A stretch of DNA of 64,000 bases, from assembly GCA_022828125.1 (NCBI GenBank), contig JAJEJD010000015.1:55240-119239 (forward strand). The letters are read 5' to 3'. The stretch comes from a bacterium (GTDB lineage: Bacteria; UBA8248). Positions 53,446-63,425 of the stretch are shown here, one piece after another. The notes beneath the pieces were generated by a model that saw only the letters and a program-made list of their open reading frames with translations, did not search any database and was not told the origin of the DNA. How positions within the stretch are numbered: the stretch's first letter is position 1; each line of letters begins with the position of its first letter. The translations under genes were made by a program, and so were the position numbers.

Positions 53446-54186
53446 ATGCCGATTAGAGCCGCCTCATCAACCACCCGAAAACGAAAAATCCTGAAACTCA
53501 CGGATAGGCTATTGGTGCGCTTCGGGAAGCCAAAGCGTACAAAGCGAAGCAACCTCCTCGATTCCCTGGTCGAAACCCTGCTCTCACAAAGCACGACCGA
53601 TCATAACCGCGACATGGCGTTCGATTCTTTGAAAAAAACTTTTGCGAGTTGGGATGAAATCGCCGACGCCCCCCAAAAGTCTCTTGCCCAGGCAATCCGC
53701 TCGGCCGGATTGGGGAATCAGAAAGCGGGGAGAATACGGGATTTTCTGAGATGGCTTCGTGAGGACCGAGAGCAACTCTGCCTGGAATTCTTGCACCATG
53801 AACCAGATGATTTCGCCGTGCAGTATCTTACCCAGCACAAAGGCATCGGCGTCAAAACCGCTTATGTCACCCTGATGCTGGCTTCCAACCGCGATTTGTT
53901 CCCCATCGATGTTCACATTCACCGGATCATGATTCGTCTGGGCATCATTCCCGAGAAAACGACGCCTGAAAAATCCCATGCGGTCCTGGCACCACTCATT
54001 CCAAAAGGCCGCGCTCATGAATTGCACATGAACATGCTGCGTTTCGGTCGAACCATTTGCACCGCCCGCAATCCCAAGTGCACCGACTGCGACATGAGAC
54101 GAATGTGCCCCTACTATAAAGACAATATCTCGGGAAAATCCAAAAGCGGAGATGTTCATCTTTCGCAAAAGCAAATCAGCCCATGA
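53446..54186 (+). CDS. Endonuclease III-like HhH-GPD glycosylase
   Basis: LLSQST, GIGVKTA, PIDVH, C.ARNPKC..C.....C FeS cluster. Confidence 0.9.
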   Translation: MPIRAASSTTRKRKILKLTDRLLVRFGKPKRTKRSNLLDSLVETLLSQSTTDHNRDMAFDSLKKTFASWDEIADAPQKSLAQAIRSAGLGNQKAGRIRDFLRWLREDREQLCLEFLHHEPDDFAVQYLTQHKGIGVKTAYVTLMLASNRDLFPIDVHIHRIMIRLGIIPEKTTPEKSHAVLAPLIPKGRAHELHMNMLRFGRTICTARNPKCTDCDMRRMCPYYKDNISGKSKSGDVHLSQKQISP

Positions 54187-55079
54187 ACTGGATCCAGCTG
54201 ATCGGCCCGGGCGAGCTGCTGGCCATCGCATCTTCCATCACATTCTCGGTAGCGCAAACTTTTCTCAGACAGGGAATGAGGAGCGTATCGCCACTGGCCG
54301 CCGCCTTGATAGTCAATGGAATCGTAAGCCTGGGCGGATTCATCATATCTCTCTTGAATGGCACGCTAGTCACCTCCAAAGCAGAAACCATTTTTTGGTA
54401 CGCCGCCGTGGGCGCCGCGGGTCCCACCATTGGAAGATATTGCTACCTGGTGGGCGTCTCCCGTATCGGGCTCAGCCGCACCGTACCCATATCCTCGGCG
54501 GCCCCGATTTGGGGAACCCTTTTCGCGATCCTGATTTTGGGAGAAACGCCGACAACCATGGTCGTACTCGGCACCCTGGGCATCGTCATCGGGGTATCCA
54601 TTCTCGGGATACAAGACGACAAATCGCAATCTTTCAAAAGCTGGTTTCGGGGAGCGCTCATATTTCCGCTCGTGTCATCCCTGGCATATGCGGTGGCGCC
54701 CATCTTCGCCAAACTCGCTTATACACATCAGATGACGCCCAGCGTCGGCATGGCCGTCTCCTTCGCCACGGCCAACTGCTTACTTCTGCTCACGAAACCG
54801 ATCCTGCCCGGCCAAAATGATATTCGCGGCAAGAAAATAGGCCTTCTATGGGTGGGAGGCGCAGGCGCAATCGGGATTTGCAGTTCGTTTATGCTCTGGA
54901 CAGCCTTTACGATGGCGAGCGTGTCCACTGCGCTGCCCTTGAGCCGAATCGCACCGATCTGGGTACTGATCCTGAGCTATTTTTTCCTGGGGAAGCTTGA
55001 AACAATCAACCGCAAAACGGTTTTGGCCACGATTTGCATTGTCGCGGGAGGAGTTCTGATCACCGCTTTCCGGAACTAA
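54183..55079 (+). CDS. EamA/DMT family transporter
   Basis: About 10 TM segments in two repeats, LGE motif. Confidence 0.88.
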   Translation: MNWIQLIGPGELLAIASSITFSVAQTFLRQGMRSVSPLAAALIVNGIVSLGGFIISLLNGTLVTSKAETIFWYAAVGAAGPTIGRYCYLVGVSRIGLSRTVPISSAAPIWGTLFAILILGETPTTMVVLGTLGIVIGVSILGIQDDKSQSFKSWFRGALIFPLVSSLAYAVAPIFAKLAYTHQMTPSVGMAVSFATANCLLLLTKPILPGQNDIRGKKIGLLWVGGAGAIGICSSFMLWTAFTMASVSTALPLSRIAPIWVLILSYFFLGKLETINRKTVLATICIVAGGVLITAFRN

Positions 55080-55151
55080 TTCTAAAGAAAAAAGAGAAGC
55101 AACACGACAAATTCCCCCATCGACATCGAATCTCCAGCATATAGAGAATCC

Positions 55152-56399
55152 CTACCTGCCAGCAGCCGCCTCGGCGACACGAGGGGAATAAACAAGATCA
55201 TCCACTTGCGGCGGATCTTCCAGGAAACCTGCCGCTTTCAGCGTCAACACGTCGTTCGTGCCGTCTGAATGCAGGAAGCTCAAGGCGTCGCGCATCAGTT
55301 TTTCGATGGGGTTTTTCCGCATATACCCCGCCGCCCCCCAAAGCTCCATCGCCTCCTGGCATACCTGGACGGCGGACTCGGAAGCGAATACCTTGCTCAG
55401 CATCGCATTTTTCCGGTCCATCTCCTCAAGCTGGGTGGACCACGCAGTACGCCACAAATAAGAGCGAGAGGCTTCTATCTTCATCGCCATACGCGCAAGC
55501 CGTATTTGCTGAAGCTGATGGTCGAGCAAAGGCACGCTGCCCTGGATTCGGGCATGGGCATACTGCAAAGAGAGATCATACGCGCGCTGCGCGACCCCTA
55601 GGACGGTGGCGCCCGCCTGGATGTTGCTCCCGTGTCTGATGAACAAATTGGCCAGAGCGGGCAGAGCCTGGCCCACTTCTCCGATTTGGTCTTCCGCCGG
55701 AACTTCCACATCGTGAAACTCCAATGTGCCGTTCTGAACACACCTTTGGCCGAGCTTGTCCCACACCTCCGTAACTTCAAAACCCTTGGCATCTGAGGGC
55801 ACCAAAAAAGCCGTTAGACTGTTCATCATCGGATTGTCTTTATCCGTGCGGGCGGCTATCTGATAGACTTTCGCGAGACCCCCATTGGAGATGTAACGCT
55901 TGGCGCCGTTCAACACCCAGCGGTCTCCTTTCTGCTCTGCATACGTCTGTATTCCCGCCCCGGGATTCTGGTTGGGCCATACATTGTCACTTCCCGCCAT
56001 AGGCTCCGTCCAGGCCGTCGCCAGAATACACTCGTCATCATCCATGATTTTGGGGAGCCAGCGTTTTTGCTGTTCCTCATTCGCCATGTTGGCAATTGAC
56101 GTCATGATCTTCCACGTCTGATCAAAGGCGACAGCCAGTCCCAAATCCCCATAGGCCAGCGTTTCACCCACGATGGCGCAGGAAAGCACGTCGGCCCCTT
56201 CGCCTCCAAATTCCTTCGGGACAGTGAGCGTCCTGAGGCCTCGTTTTGAACCTTCTCTGATGACTTCCCAGTTAAAGGATGCTTCAGGATCTTCGATGCG
56301 GTCCGCGACCTCCGCGGCGGGGATCATCACTTCGGTGGCGAATCTTTTCGCAATATCTCTGAGTTCCATCTGCCGGGGGGTAAGCTGGAAATCTACCAT
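55152..56399 (-). CDS. Acyl-CoA dehydrogenase family protein
   Basis: TEP.AGSD, LNG.K.YISNG, KLG.R, WGAAGY. Confidence 0.93.
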   Translation of the reverse strand: MVDFQLTPRQMELRDIAKRFATEVMIPAAEVADRIEDPEASFNWEVIREGSKRGLRTLTVPKEFGGEGADVLSCAIVGETLAYGDLGLAVAFDQTWKIMTSIANMANEEQQKRWLPKIMDDDECILATAWTEPMAGSDNVWPNQNPGAGIQTYAEQKGDRWVLNGAKRYISNGGLAKVYQIAARTDKDNPMMNSLTAFLVPSDAKGFEVTEVWDKLGQRCVQNGTLEFHDVEVPAEDQIGEVGQALPALANLFIRHGSNIQAGATVLGVAQRAYDLSLQYAHARIQGSVPLLDHQLQQIRLARMAMKIEASRSYLWRTAWSTQLEEMDRKNAMLSKVFASESAVQVCQEAMELWGAAGYMRKNPIEKLMRDALSFLHSDGTNDVLTLKAAGFLEDPPQVDDLVYSPRVAEAAAGR

Positions 56400-56524
56400 C
56401 GGTTTTATCCTCCAAGGGTAATTGTCCTGGCGATTCAGTCGCGATGAAACAGTCGCGAATCATTATGTCAAGAAAACGCGCTATTGAGCCTCCGCTTTTT
56501 CAATTCCCGGGATGTGAGCGCATA

Positions 56525-56935
56525 TTAAAGAGCCGCCGGGTTCTCGCACAACTCGATGCGGATATTGCCGGGCCCTCTGACATAGGCGATCATCCGCCCG
56601 CCAACCCCGCGGCGCACGGGCTCCACCATAATTTCCGCCCCTTTGCCCCTCAACCACTGAACGGCAGCTTCCACATCCGGAACGCCGAACCCGAAATGAT
56701 CCAGACCCTGAACCAGTTCCGGCCCTACGGAATCGGGCGCCTCCTCAGGCCTGACGCCACGCGCGAATATCACCAAGCGGCCGATTTGAACCGCTGCGTT
56801 GGGCGAGCCTTTGAAGTCCTCGTCGTAGCGGACGATTTCAGCGTCGAACACGTTTTTGAAATACTCGGCAAACGCCTTCACATCTGCGCAAACATAGTGA
56901 ATATGATCAAAACCGAATTCCATCAAATTCTCCAA
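56525..56935 (-). CDS. VOC/glyoxalase family protein
   Basis: FDHIH, LDHFGF, GP..IRIEL. Confidence 0.9.
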   Translation of the reverse strand: MENLMEFGFDHIHYVCADVKAFAEYFKNVFDAEIVRYDEDFKGSPNAAVQIGRLVIFARGVRPEEAPDSVGPELVQGLDHFGFGVPDVEAAVQWLRGKGAEIMVEPVRRGVGGRMIAYVRGPGNIRIELCENPAAL

Positions 56936-56943
56936 ATATGAGA

Positions 56944-58653
56944 TTACGGCGTGATGATAATCGGTGAATCCTCAGAATCGGTATCTTCCGAAACACCGCC
57001 ATCCTCGACATCCCCTTCTTGCATTTCCCCTTCCACACCCTGAGATTCCCGGATCTGGCGGATAACGCGATTCAGCATCGCATAGATGGAATACTGAACC
57101 ATTTCGACGAATAACGGCGTGGGTTCATCCGTTTCCACCTGCATTTCATCCGCCAGCGTCACGCATTCCCGGGCCATCGCTTCATCGCCCGCCAGATGGA
57201 AAACGTATCCATTGTCTTCCAGTTGGCCCGATATGCGCTCCCGCAACGCCGCATCCTGAAAAATTTCTTTTGCGCCGTTTTCCACTATCTGCTGAAGACG
57301 CTCTTTTTTCTGTCTTTCGTCCAGCGCCACCTGACTTTCCATCGACTCCATGAACTCCTGGAAATACGGCTCCACGCGCTCTGCATCCATCAGCCAACCC
57401 CAGAATGGCCGGTGGGAGAAAATCGTGCGCACATCCATCCTGTTCTCGTCTTCCGCAAGAGAACTCACCATCCCCCGGACGGGATGCGACCCCTCCACGG
57501 GAAACACGTCGGCCTCCGTCAAAGGATCGAGCATGAGCTTCGCGTGCGTATAACCACGCGGCAGCGGCGTATCCGCTTCTTCGTTTTCGCGCTGACCGCG
57601 CTCCAGAAGCCAAACGGCGTACCCGGCAGGAACTTCCTGTGACGCCAAGGCGGGCGTTTCTGAAATTCGGCGGAAAATATCGCGCAACTCTTTGGCGCTC
57701 ACATCTGCATCCGTGAACTCGACAATGCCTCGTCCCCGGTGCAAACGCGCCTGCACGAGATACCTCCCGCGCGGAACCCTCGAGCGGGCAAGCCACAAAA
57801 GCATCTGCCCACTCCCGTCTACGGCGCTTACCAAGGCATATACATAGTCAGGATAATTTGAGCGTCGGGCAGTACGAACACCCGCATCCGGTAATTTTTC
57901 AACTTCAACGCCTTTGCTTTTCAATCGAAATATCGCTTTGCGTATTCGTGACAACGTATCTTTGTCCTTGCTGGATTCCGAGAGCTTTTGAAGCGCAATC
58001 GCGGCCTCCTGCGTAGCCATATCCGCCAGAATTTGAATGAAGTATGGGGGCGGTAGTATTCCTTCACCGCCCATCGCTTCAGCCAATACCAGCAGGCGTT
58101 TCTCTGAAACGTCAGGCTTGTTCTCAAGGCCGTCACGCAGCACGACTTCCTGCAAAAAAGAAGGCAGGTCATTCAATGACGACACGAGGGACATCGCGGA
58201 ATCGACTGTGAGGGACTCATTCTGGCTTAAATGTTCAGAAACTTCCTGAGCGCGGCTTAAATTTTCCGGATTAAAACCATCCGGCAATTCTACTTTCTCA
58301 TCCAACGCCCGAAGAGTCTCAAACAGCGCGGTGAGCCCCGGTATCGACCATCGCATCGCCCGAATAAGCGTTACAAGCTTTTGAACGACGGATGCATCCC
58401 CAAGCTCGCGCAGAGCGATAAGTGTGGGAATCCGCCCCTCAGGAGTCGTGGAGGACAGATGGTTCAATACACCGGCAATTCCGACCTCCCCCATTTCTCT
58501 GATTTCATCCAAAAGAGGCGCAGGCGCCATGGCGCCCGGCGGAGCCGGAACCGTGAACGATGCTTCGAGACCGGCCGCTATCGCGGCGGCCCTATCCAAA
58601 TCTTCTTTGGAAAAAGATTTTTTCGAGGCCTTTAACCTCGATTTCTTTGCCAA
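56944..58653 (-). CDS. Hypothetical protein with HEAT-like helical N-terminus
   Basis: Long ORF; TTG start after aggaga RBS; RKAIFRLKSKGV motif. Confidence 0.75.
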   Translation of the reverse strand: MAKKSRLKASKKSFSKEDLDRAAAIAAGLEASFTVPAPPGAMAPAPLLDEIREMGEVGIAGVLNHLSSTTPEGRIPTLIALRELGDASVVQKLVTLIRAMRWSIPGLTALFETLRALDEKVELPDGFNPENLSRAQEVSEHLSQNESLTVDSAMSLVSSLNDLPSFLQEVVLRDGLENKPDVSEKRLLVLAEAMGGEGILPPPYFIQILADMATQEAAIALQKLSESSKDKDTLSRIRKAIFRLKSKGVEVEKLPDAGVRTARRSNYPDYVYALVSAVDGSGQMLLWLARSRVPRGRYLVQARLHRGRGIVEFTDADVSAKELRDIFRRISETPALASQEVPAGYAVWLLERGQRENEEADTPLPRGYTHAKLMLDPLTEADVFPVEGSHPVRGMVSSLAEDENRMDVRTIFSHRPFWGWLMDAERVEPYFQEFMESMESQVALDERQKKERLQQIVENGAKEIFQDAALRERISGQLEDNGYVFHLAGDEAMARECVTLADEMQVETDEPTPLFVEMVQYSIYAMLNRVIRQIRESQGVEGEMQEGDVEDGGVSEDTDSEDSPIIITP

Positions 58654-58815
58654 AACCACTTCTCCTATTGTATATGTCTCAAAGCACACATCATCGGCGG
58701 GGGTAACACATACTGTCAAGACGAAGTCGAAACACGAATTTCTCACATTTTCAGATTTTGCCGACTACAACATTCACATGACAGAATCATTGTTATATCG
58801 GTCCCTGGAGCCAGC

Positions 58816-59805
58816 GTGAACTTTCGATTTGCCCATTGTGGCGATTTCCATCTCGGCTATGACTTCGGCTATCTTCCGCCTCGTAAAGCAGCGGCGCGCC
58901 AAGCCGACCTTCGGGTAGCGTTTTTCCGCACCGTTCGCGAAACTCTCAAATGGGGCGCACAGGTATTCCTTGTCTCGGGCGACCTGTTCGACACGCCGCA
59001 TCCAGGTGAACGTGACGTAGAAATCGTCTCGAAGAATCTCGCGCATTTATCGAAAAAAGGGGTGCGCTGTTTCGCCATACCCGGCAATCACGACCCGATA
59101 CACCCGAAATCCGTGTGGAATCGACCCGAAATGGCAAGCTATATCCACCTGTTCCGTGGTGATACCGCTGCCGGGTTGGCGAAAGCGAACATCGGCGAAC
59201 TCAATCTTACGATTGCCGGAATCCCCTGGGACAGCGAAGACGCCTTCAAACCGCCTTTGCAAGAAATCCTCAAGCGGAAACTGGATGTAAGCGACAGGTC
59301 CATCCTGCTTTTACACGGTTCGGAAGCCGCTCTCGCCTCAGAGCACCCTGCATTCAAGGAACATCCATTCGAAGCAGAAGATTTGAAGCGTCTGCCCTTC
59401 GGCTATGTTGCCATTGGCCACTACCACAAACCCATGGATGTCGCCCGCTGGAGCGGCGGCGCCGCATGCTACAGCGGTTCGCCCGAGGGTTTGCGGTTCA
59501 GCGACCACAATCTGGGGGAACGCTCTATCGTTTTGGGAGAAATGGACGAGAGAGGCTCTCTGGTTCAGGTCAAAAGAAAAACCATCAATGCGCGCACCAT
59601 GAAAACGCTTTCATACTCCGCCGGGGACGGGACGACTACGGACGACTGGTTCCGGACTATCGATGACATGAGAGACCCCGATACCCTTTTGAGAGTGCGC
59701 GTCCCGAAACAAGAAGGCGGTGAACAAAGGCGGGCCGAAGTTCTATTGTCCTCGCTATGTCCTGACTATTTCTATTTGGACATCATCTGGGAATCACCCT
59801 CGTGA
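58816..59805 (+). CDS. SbcD/Mre11-like DNA repair exonuclease
   Basis: DFHLG, GDLFD, GNHD, GHYH, YSGSPE. Confidence 0.9.
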   Translation: MNFRFAHCGDFHLGYDFGYLPPRKAAARQADLRVAFFRTVRETLKWGAQVFLVSGDLFDTPHPGERDVEIVSKNLAHLSKKGVRCFAIPGNHDPIHPKSVWNRPEMASYIHLFRGDTAAGLAKANIGELNLTIAGIPWDSEDAFKPPLQEILKRKLDVSDRSILLLHGSEAALASEHPAFKEHPFEAEDLKRLPFGYVAIGHYHKPMDVARWSGGAACYSGSPEGLRFSDHNLGERSIVLGEMDERGSLVQVKRKTINARTMKTLSYSAGDGTTTDDWFRTIDDMRDPDTLLRVRVPKQEGGEQRRAEVLLSSLCPDYFYLDIIWESPS

Positions 59806-60590
59806 GCGAAAGTATCTGGTGTGACGTCTCCTTTTCCCACCCGGAAATCCCCACGAGACTCAAAGACGCGCACCGGGCGCACGCAGATGATGTACAACAC
59901 GTTGTGTGCGTCGTAATCGATATACTCAGAGCCACAACGAACATCGCCGCCATCCTGGAGAATGGATGTTCCGCGATATATCCATGCGTGTCTCCTGAGA
60001 TGGCGCATGAACTGGCCCGGAAGCTGAGACACGCGCATGGCGCCGAACAAATCGTTCTGGGCGGAGAGCAGGACGGCAAGCCTATCGAAGGATTCGACGG
60101 GGGAAACTCTCCGCTCGAATACACGCGCCGGAGAATCGGCGGCAAGACCTTGATACTCTCAACGAGCAACGGCACCAAAACACTCTCCGCCGTGCAGCGT
60201 TGCGGAGAAATTTTTACCGCCGCTTTCGTGAACATTACCGCAACTGCCGAACGGGTAGCCTCCATTCTCCATGAAAACCCCAATCAATCCCTCCTGATCG
60301 CCTGCTCGGGCCGTGAAGGCGCCTATTGTGAAGAAGATACCGTAGGGGCAGGAATGCTCCTGCAAATCCTGTCCAAGCATCTGGAAAAGCTGGAATTCTC
60401 CGACACCGCTCGCGCAGCTTTGCACGTCGTTCATGGGGCGGAGAAAAACCTGGAAAAGATGCTTTTTCACAGTTGGTGGGGCAGACACTTATCGTCTCTG
60501 GGACTTGACGACGATATATCCTTCTGCGCGCAGAAGGACATCACGAGGGTCGTTCCCAAGCTGGACGGCGGGATAATAAAGATTTCTTAA
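59802..60590 (+). CDS. comB: 2-phosphosulfolactate phosphatase
   Basis: VIDILRATT, GE..G, GNSP, TSNGT, ED..GAG. Confidence 0.9.
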   Translation: MSESIWCDVSFSHPEIPTRLKDAHRAHADDVQHVVCVVIDILRATTNIAAILENGCSAIYPCVSPEMAHELARKLRHAHGAEQIVLGGEQDGKPIEGFDGGNSPLEYTRRRIGGKTLILSTSNGTKTLSAVQRCGEIFTAAFVNITATAERVASILHENPNQSLLIACSGREGAYCEEDTVGAGMLLQILSKHLEKLEFSDTARAALHVVHGAEKNLEKMLFHSWWGRHLSSLGLDDDISFCAQKDITRVVPKLDGGIIKIS

Positions 60591-61399
60591 GTTTCAAGCT
60601 CCTTCGCCAAGACGTTCTCAACCATATCCTGCGGCCCCGGAGAATTCGCCCCGGGTTTCAAATACAGAAAGAATTCCCGGTTTCCTTTCGCGCCCGCAAT
60701 CGCGCTCGTTGCGATGCCCTGGGGAGCCATTCCCGCCCGAAGCGTCTCATCCCAGACGCGGAGGAGCACTTCGCGGTGAAGCGCGGGGTCGCGAACGATT
60801 CCACCCTTTCCCACACGTCCCCTCCCCACTTCGAACTGTGGTTTGACGAGAACGAGCATCTCTCCATCGTCGTCGAGCAACTCATGAACCGGTTCGAGCA
60901 CCTTCATGACGGAGATGAACGAAACGTCCACGGCGCATAAACCCGGCCGTTCTTCTCCAACCAACGTTTGAAAAATTTCCGGCGTCAGATGCCTGGCGTT
61001 CACACCTTCCAAAAGAATGACTCTGGGGTCATTCCGTAATTTCCAGTCAATCAAACCCTTACCCACGTCCACCGCCGCAACGCGGCGCGCGCCACGGGCG
61101 AGCAGCACGTCGGTGAATCCACCCGTCGACGCGCCGACATCCATGCAGTATTTATCCAGTGGATCAACCCCGAAAAAATCCAGCGCGCCTGCGAGCTTCA
61201 GGCCTCCCCGGCTGACATAGGGACAAGGGTTTTCCTTGAGGGTGATGGATGCGTCTTCCGGAAACGAAGAACCCGCCTTGGTGGCGGGTTCGCCGTCGAC
61301 ACTCACAAGACCTGCCAGAATCAGGCTGCGCGCACGCTCCCGACTCGGAGCCAGCGCACGTTCGACGAGTAACTTATCAAGCCTCTGTTTCTTTACCAT
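60587..61399 (-). CDS. tlyA: TlyA rRNA methyltransferase
   Basis: S4 domain, YVSRGGLKL, DVGASTGGFT, KPQFE. Confidence 0.96.
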   Translation of the reverse strand: MVKKQRLDKLLVERALAPSRERARSLILAGLVSVDGEPATKAGSSFPEDASITLKENPCPYVSRGGLKLAGALDFFGVDPLDKYCMDVGASTGGFTDVLLARGARRVAAVDVGKGLIDWKLRNDPRVILLEGVNARHLTPEIFQTLVGEERPGLCAVDVSFISVMKVLEPVHELLDDDGEMLVLVKPQFEVGRGRVGKGGIVRDPALHREVLLRVWDETLRAGMAPQGIATSAIAGAKGNREFFLYLKPGANSPGPQDMVENVLAKELET

Positions 61400-63311
61400 G
61401 CGCCGCCAGATCGGCAGAATCAGCCTTGCCTTCCATCAGATCGCGAGCCGCCTGGGTAATATCGCCTGGCGTAAGTCCACAGTCGTCACGCTGGAGTTGA
61501 GGCGCTCCGTGCTCGATGAAACGATCGGGAATACCCAAAACCGTGGCGGAAACGTCCCGGATGCCATGCGCCGCCAAAAGCTCCAGAACGCCGGCGCCCA
61601 TTCCACCGATGCGCGTTCCCTCCTCGATCGTGACGACGCGCTTGCAGCGCCTCGCGAGTTCCAAGACTTTCTCTTCATCCATCGGCTTCACAAAGCGGAG
61701 ATTCAAGACCGACGCCTCTATTCCGAGTTCCGCCAATTGCCCGGCGGACTCCATGGAAAGGCCTACCATAGGACCCAGGGCGATGAGAGCGACGTCATCG
61801 CCGTCGCGAAGCGATTCCGCCTCTCCGATGGGAATCGTCTCGATATCTTCATCCATCGACACCCCCTCGCCGGAGCCGCGCGCGAAGCGAACTGCCGCCG
61901 GGCCGGGATGTTCAATCGCGGTCAAGACCATTTTCTGAAGCTCATTTTCGTCTTTGGGCGACATGATGGCCATGTTCGGCAGACACCGGAGATAAGCCAG
62001 GTCATAGGCCCCCTGGTGGGTAGGCCCGTCATCGCCCACGAGACCGGCCCGGTCCAGCGCAAAGGTAACGGGCACGTTCGTGAGGCAAACGTCGTGGATT
62101 ATCTGATCATAAGCCCGCTGCAAAAACGTGCTGTAAATCGCGGCGACTGGCTTCATTCCTTCGAGCGCAAGGCCTGCGGCGAAAGTTACCGCATGTTGTT
62201 CACACATCCCTACGTCAAAGCAGCGCTCCGGCAACACTTTCTGGTAGTTGACGAGCGCCGTGCCTTCCAGCATGGCCGCCGAGATGGCGACAATCTTTTC
62301 ATCCTTTTGACTGAGCTCGATCATGGTATCGGTAAAAACTTTGGAGTAGCCGGGAGGGCCGGGTGCTTTCTTGTGGAATTCACCGGATTCGGGATCGAAT
62401 TTCGTCACGCCGTGATAGGTGATGGGTTCCGCCTCACTGTAAGGATACCCATAGCCTTTTCGGGTTACGACGTGCACCAGATTGGGCCCATCCAGATTTT
62501 TTACGTTCCTCAGAGTGGGAATCAGCAAATCGAGCCTGTGTCCATCCACCGGACCGATGTACCGGAAACCCAGTTCCTCGAACAAAATTCCCGGCACGAT
62601 GATATTTTTCAGAGACTCCTCCACCCTGTCCATCAGCGTGACGGCATGACTGCCCACCACGGGAAGGTGGCTGATTATTTTCTGGACTTCCGTACGCACC
62701 TTGCGGGCCCGGTTCGACCATTCACCCGTCATGATTCGCGCCAGATACGAGCACATGGCGCCTACGTTATGCGAAATTCCCATTTTATTGTCATTGAGAA
62801 TAACGGTGAGGTTCCGCTTCGAATCCCCGGCGTTGTTGAGCCCTTCCATCGCCATGCCGGCGGTCAGGCTGCCGTCTCCGATGATGGCGACGACCTGAAA
62901 ATCCTCACCCGAGAGGTCTCGCGCCGTGGCCATTCCCAGCGCCGCCGAAATGGACGTGCCTCCATGCGCGACATTCAGATGGTCGTATTCGCTCTCACGC
63001 CTGTCCGGGAAACCGGCGATTCCCTCCCACTGCCTCAGCGTATGGAACCGATCCCGGCGTCCGGTAAGGATCTTGTGCGTGTAGGCCTGATGGCCGACAT
63101 CCCAGATCAACTTGTCTTTCGGCGTATCATAGAGATAGTGAAGCGCTACGATGAGTTCCGCAGCTCCCAATGATGCGCCGAGATGCCCGCCCGTATTGGA
63201 GGTTACCTGAATGACCATGTCGCGGAGTTCATCCACGACTTGGGGTAACTCCTCTTCCGGTAGTTGTCTCAAATCCGCCGGGCTATCTATGCGCTCTAGC
63301 AATTCGCCCAT
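61377..63311 (-). CDS. dxs: 1-deoxy-D-xylulose-5-phosphate synthase
   Basis: GGHLG, WDVGHQ, GDG, YSTFLQRAYDQ, DRAGLVG.DG.TH. Confidence 0.98.
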   Translation of the reverse strand: MGELLERIDSPADLRQLPEEELPQVVDELRDMVIQVTSNTGGHLGASLGAAELIVALHYLYDTPKDKLIWDVGHQAYTHKILTGRRDRFHTLRQWEGIAGFPDRRESEYDHLNVAHGGTSISAALGMATARDLSGEDFQVVAIIGDGSLTAGMAMEGLNNAGDSKRNLTVILNDNKMGISHNVGAMCSYLARIMTGEWSNRARKVRTEVQKIISHLPVVGSHAVTLMDRVEESLKNIIVPGILFEELGFRYIGPVDGHRLDLLIPTLRNVKNLDGPNLVHVVTRKGYGYPYSEAEPITYHGVTKFDPESGEFHKKAPGPPGYSKVFTDTMIELSQKDEKIVAISAAMLEGTALVNYQKVLPERCFDVGMCEQHAVTFAAGLALEGMKPVAAIYSTFLQRAYDQIIHDVCLTNVPVTFALDRAGLVGDDGPTHQGAYDLAYLRCLPNMAIMSPKDENELQKMVLTAIEHPGPAAVRFARGSGEGVSMDEDIETIPIGEAESLRDGDDVALIALGPMVGLSMESAGQLAELGIEASVLNLRFVKPMDEEKVLELARRCKRVVTIEEGTRIGGMGAGVLELLAAHGIRDVSATVLGIPDRFIEHGAPQLQRDDCGLTPGDITQAARDLMEGKADSADLAAHGKETEA

Positions 63312-63425
63312 ATCATCTCCCCCACGGGATTTCGTCTGAAACCAAACCACGCTTCACAATGAAAATGTCATTCGCTCCCAAATTCCGCTTTGTTCAAAGT
63401 CTAACCCGACAATGATAGTCAAACG

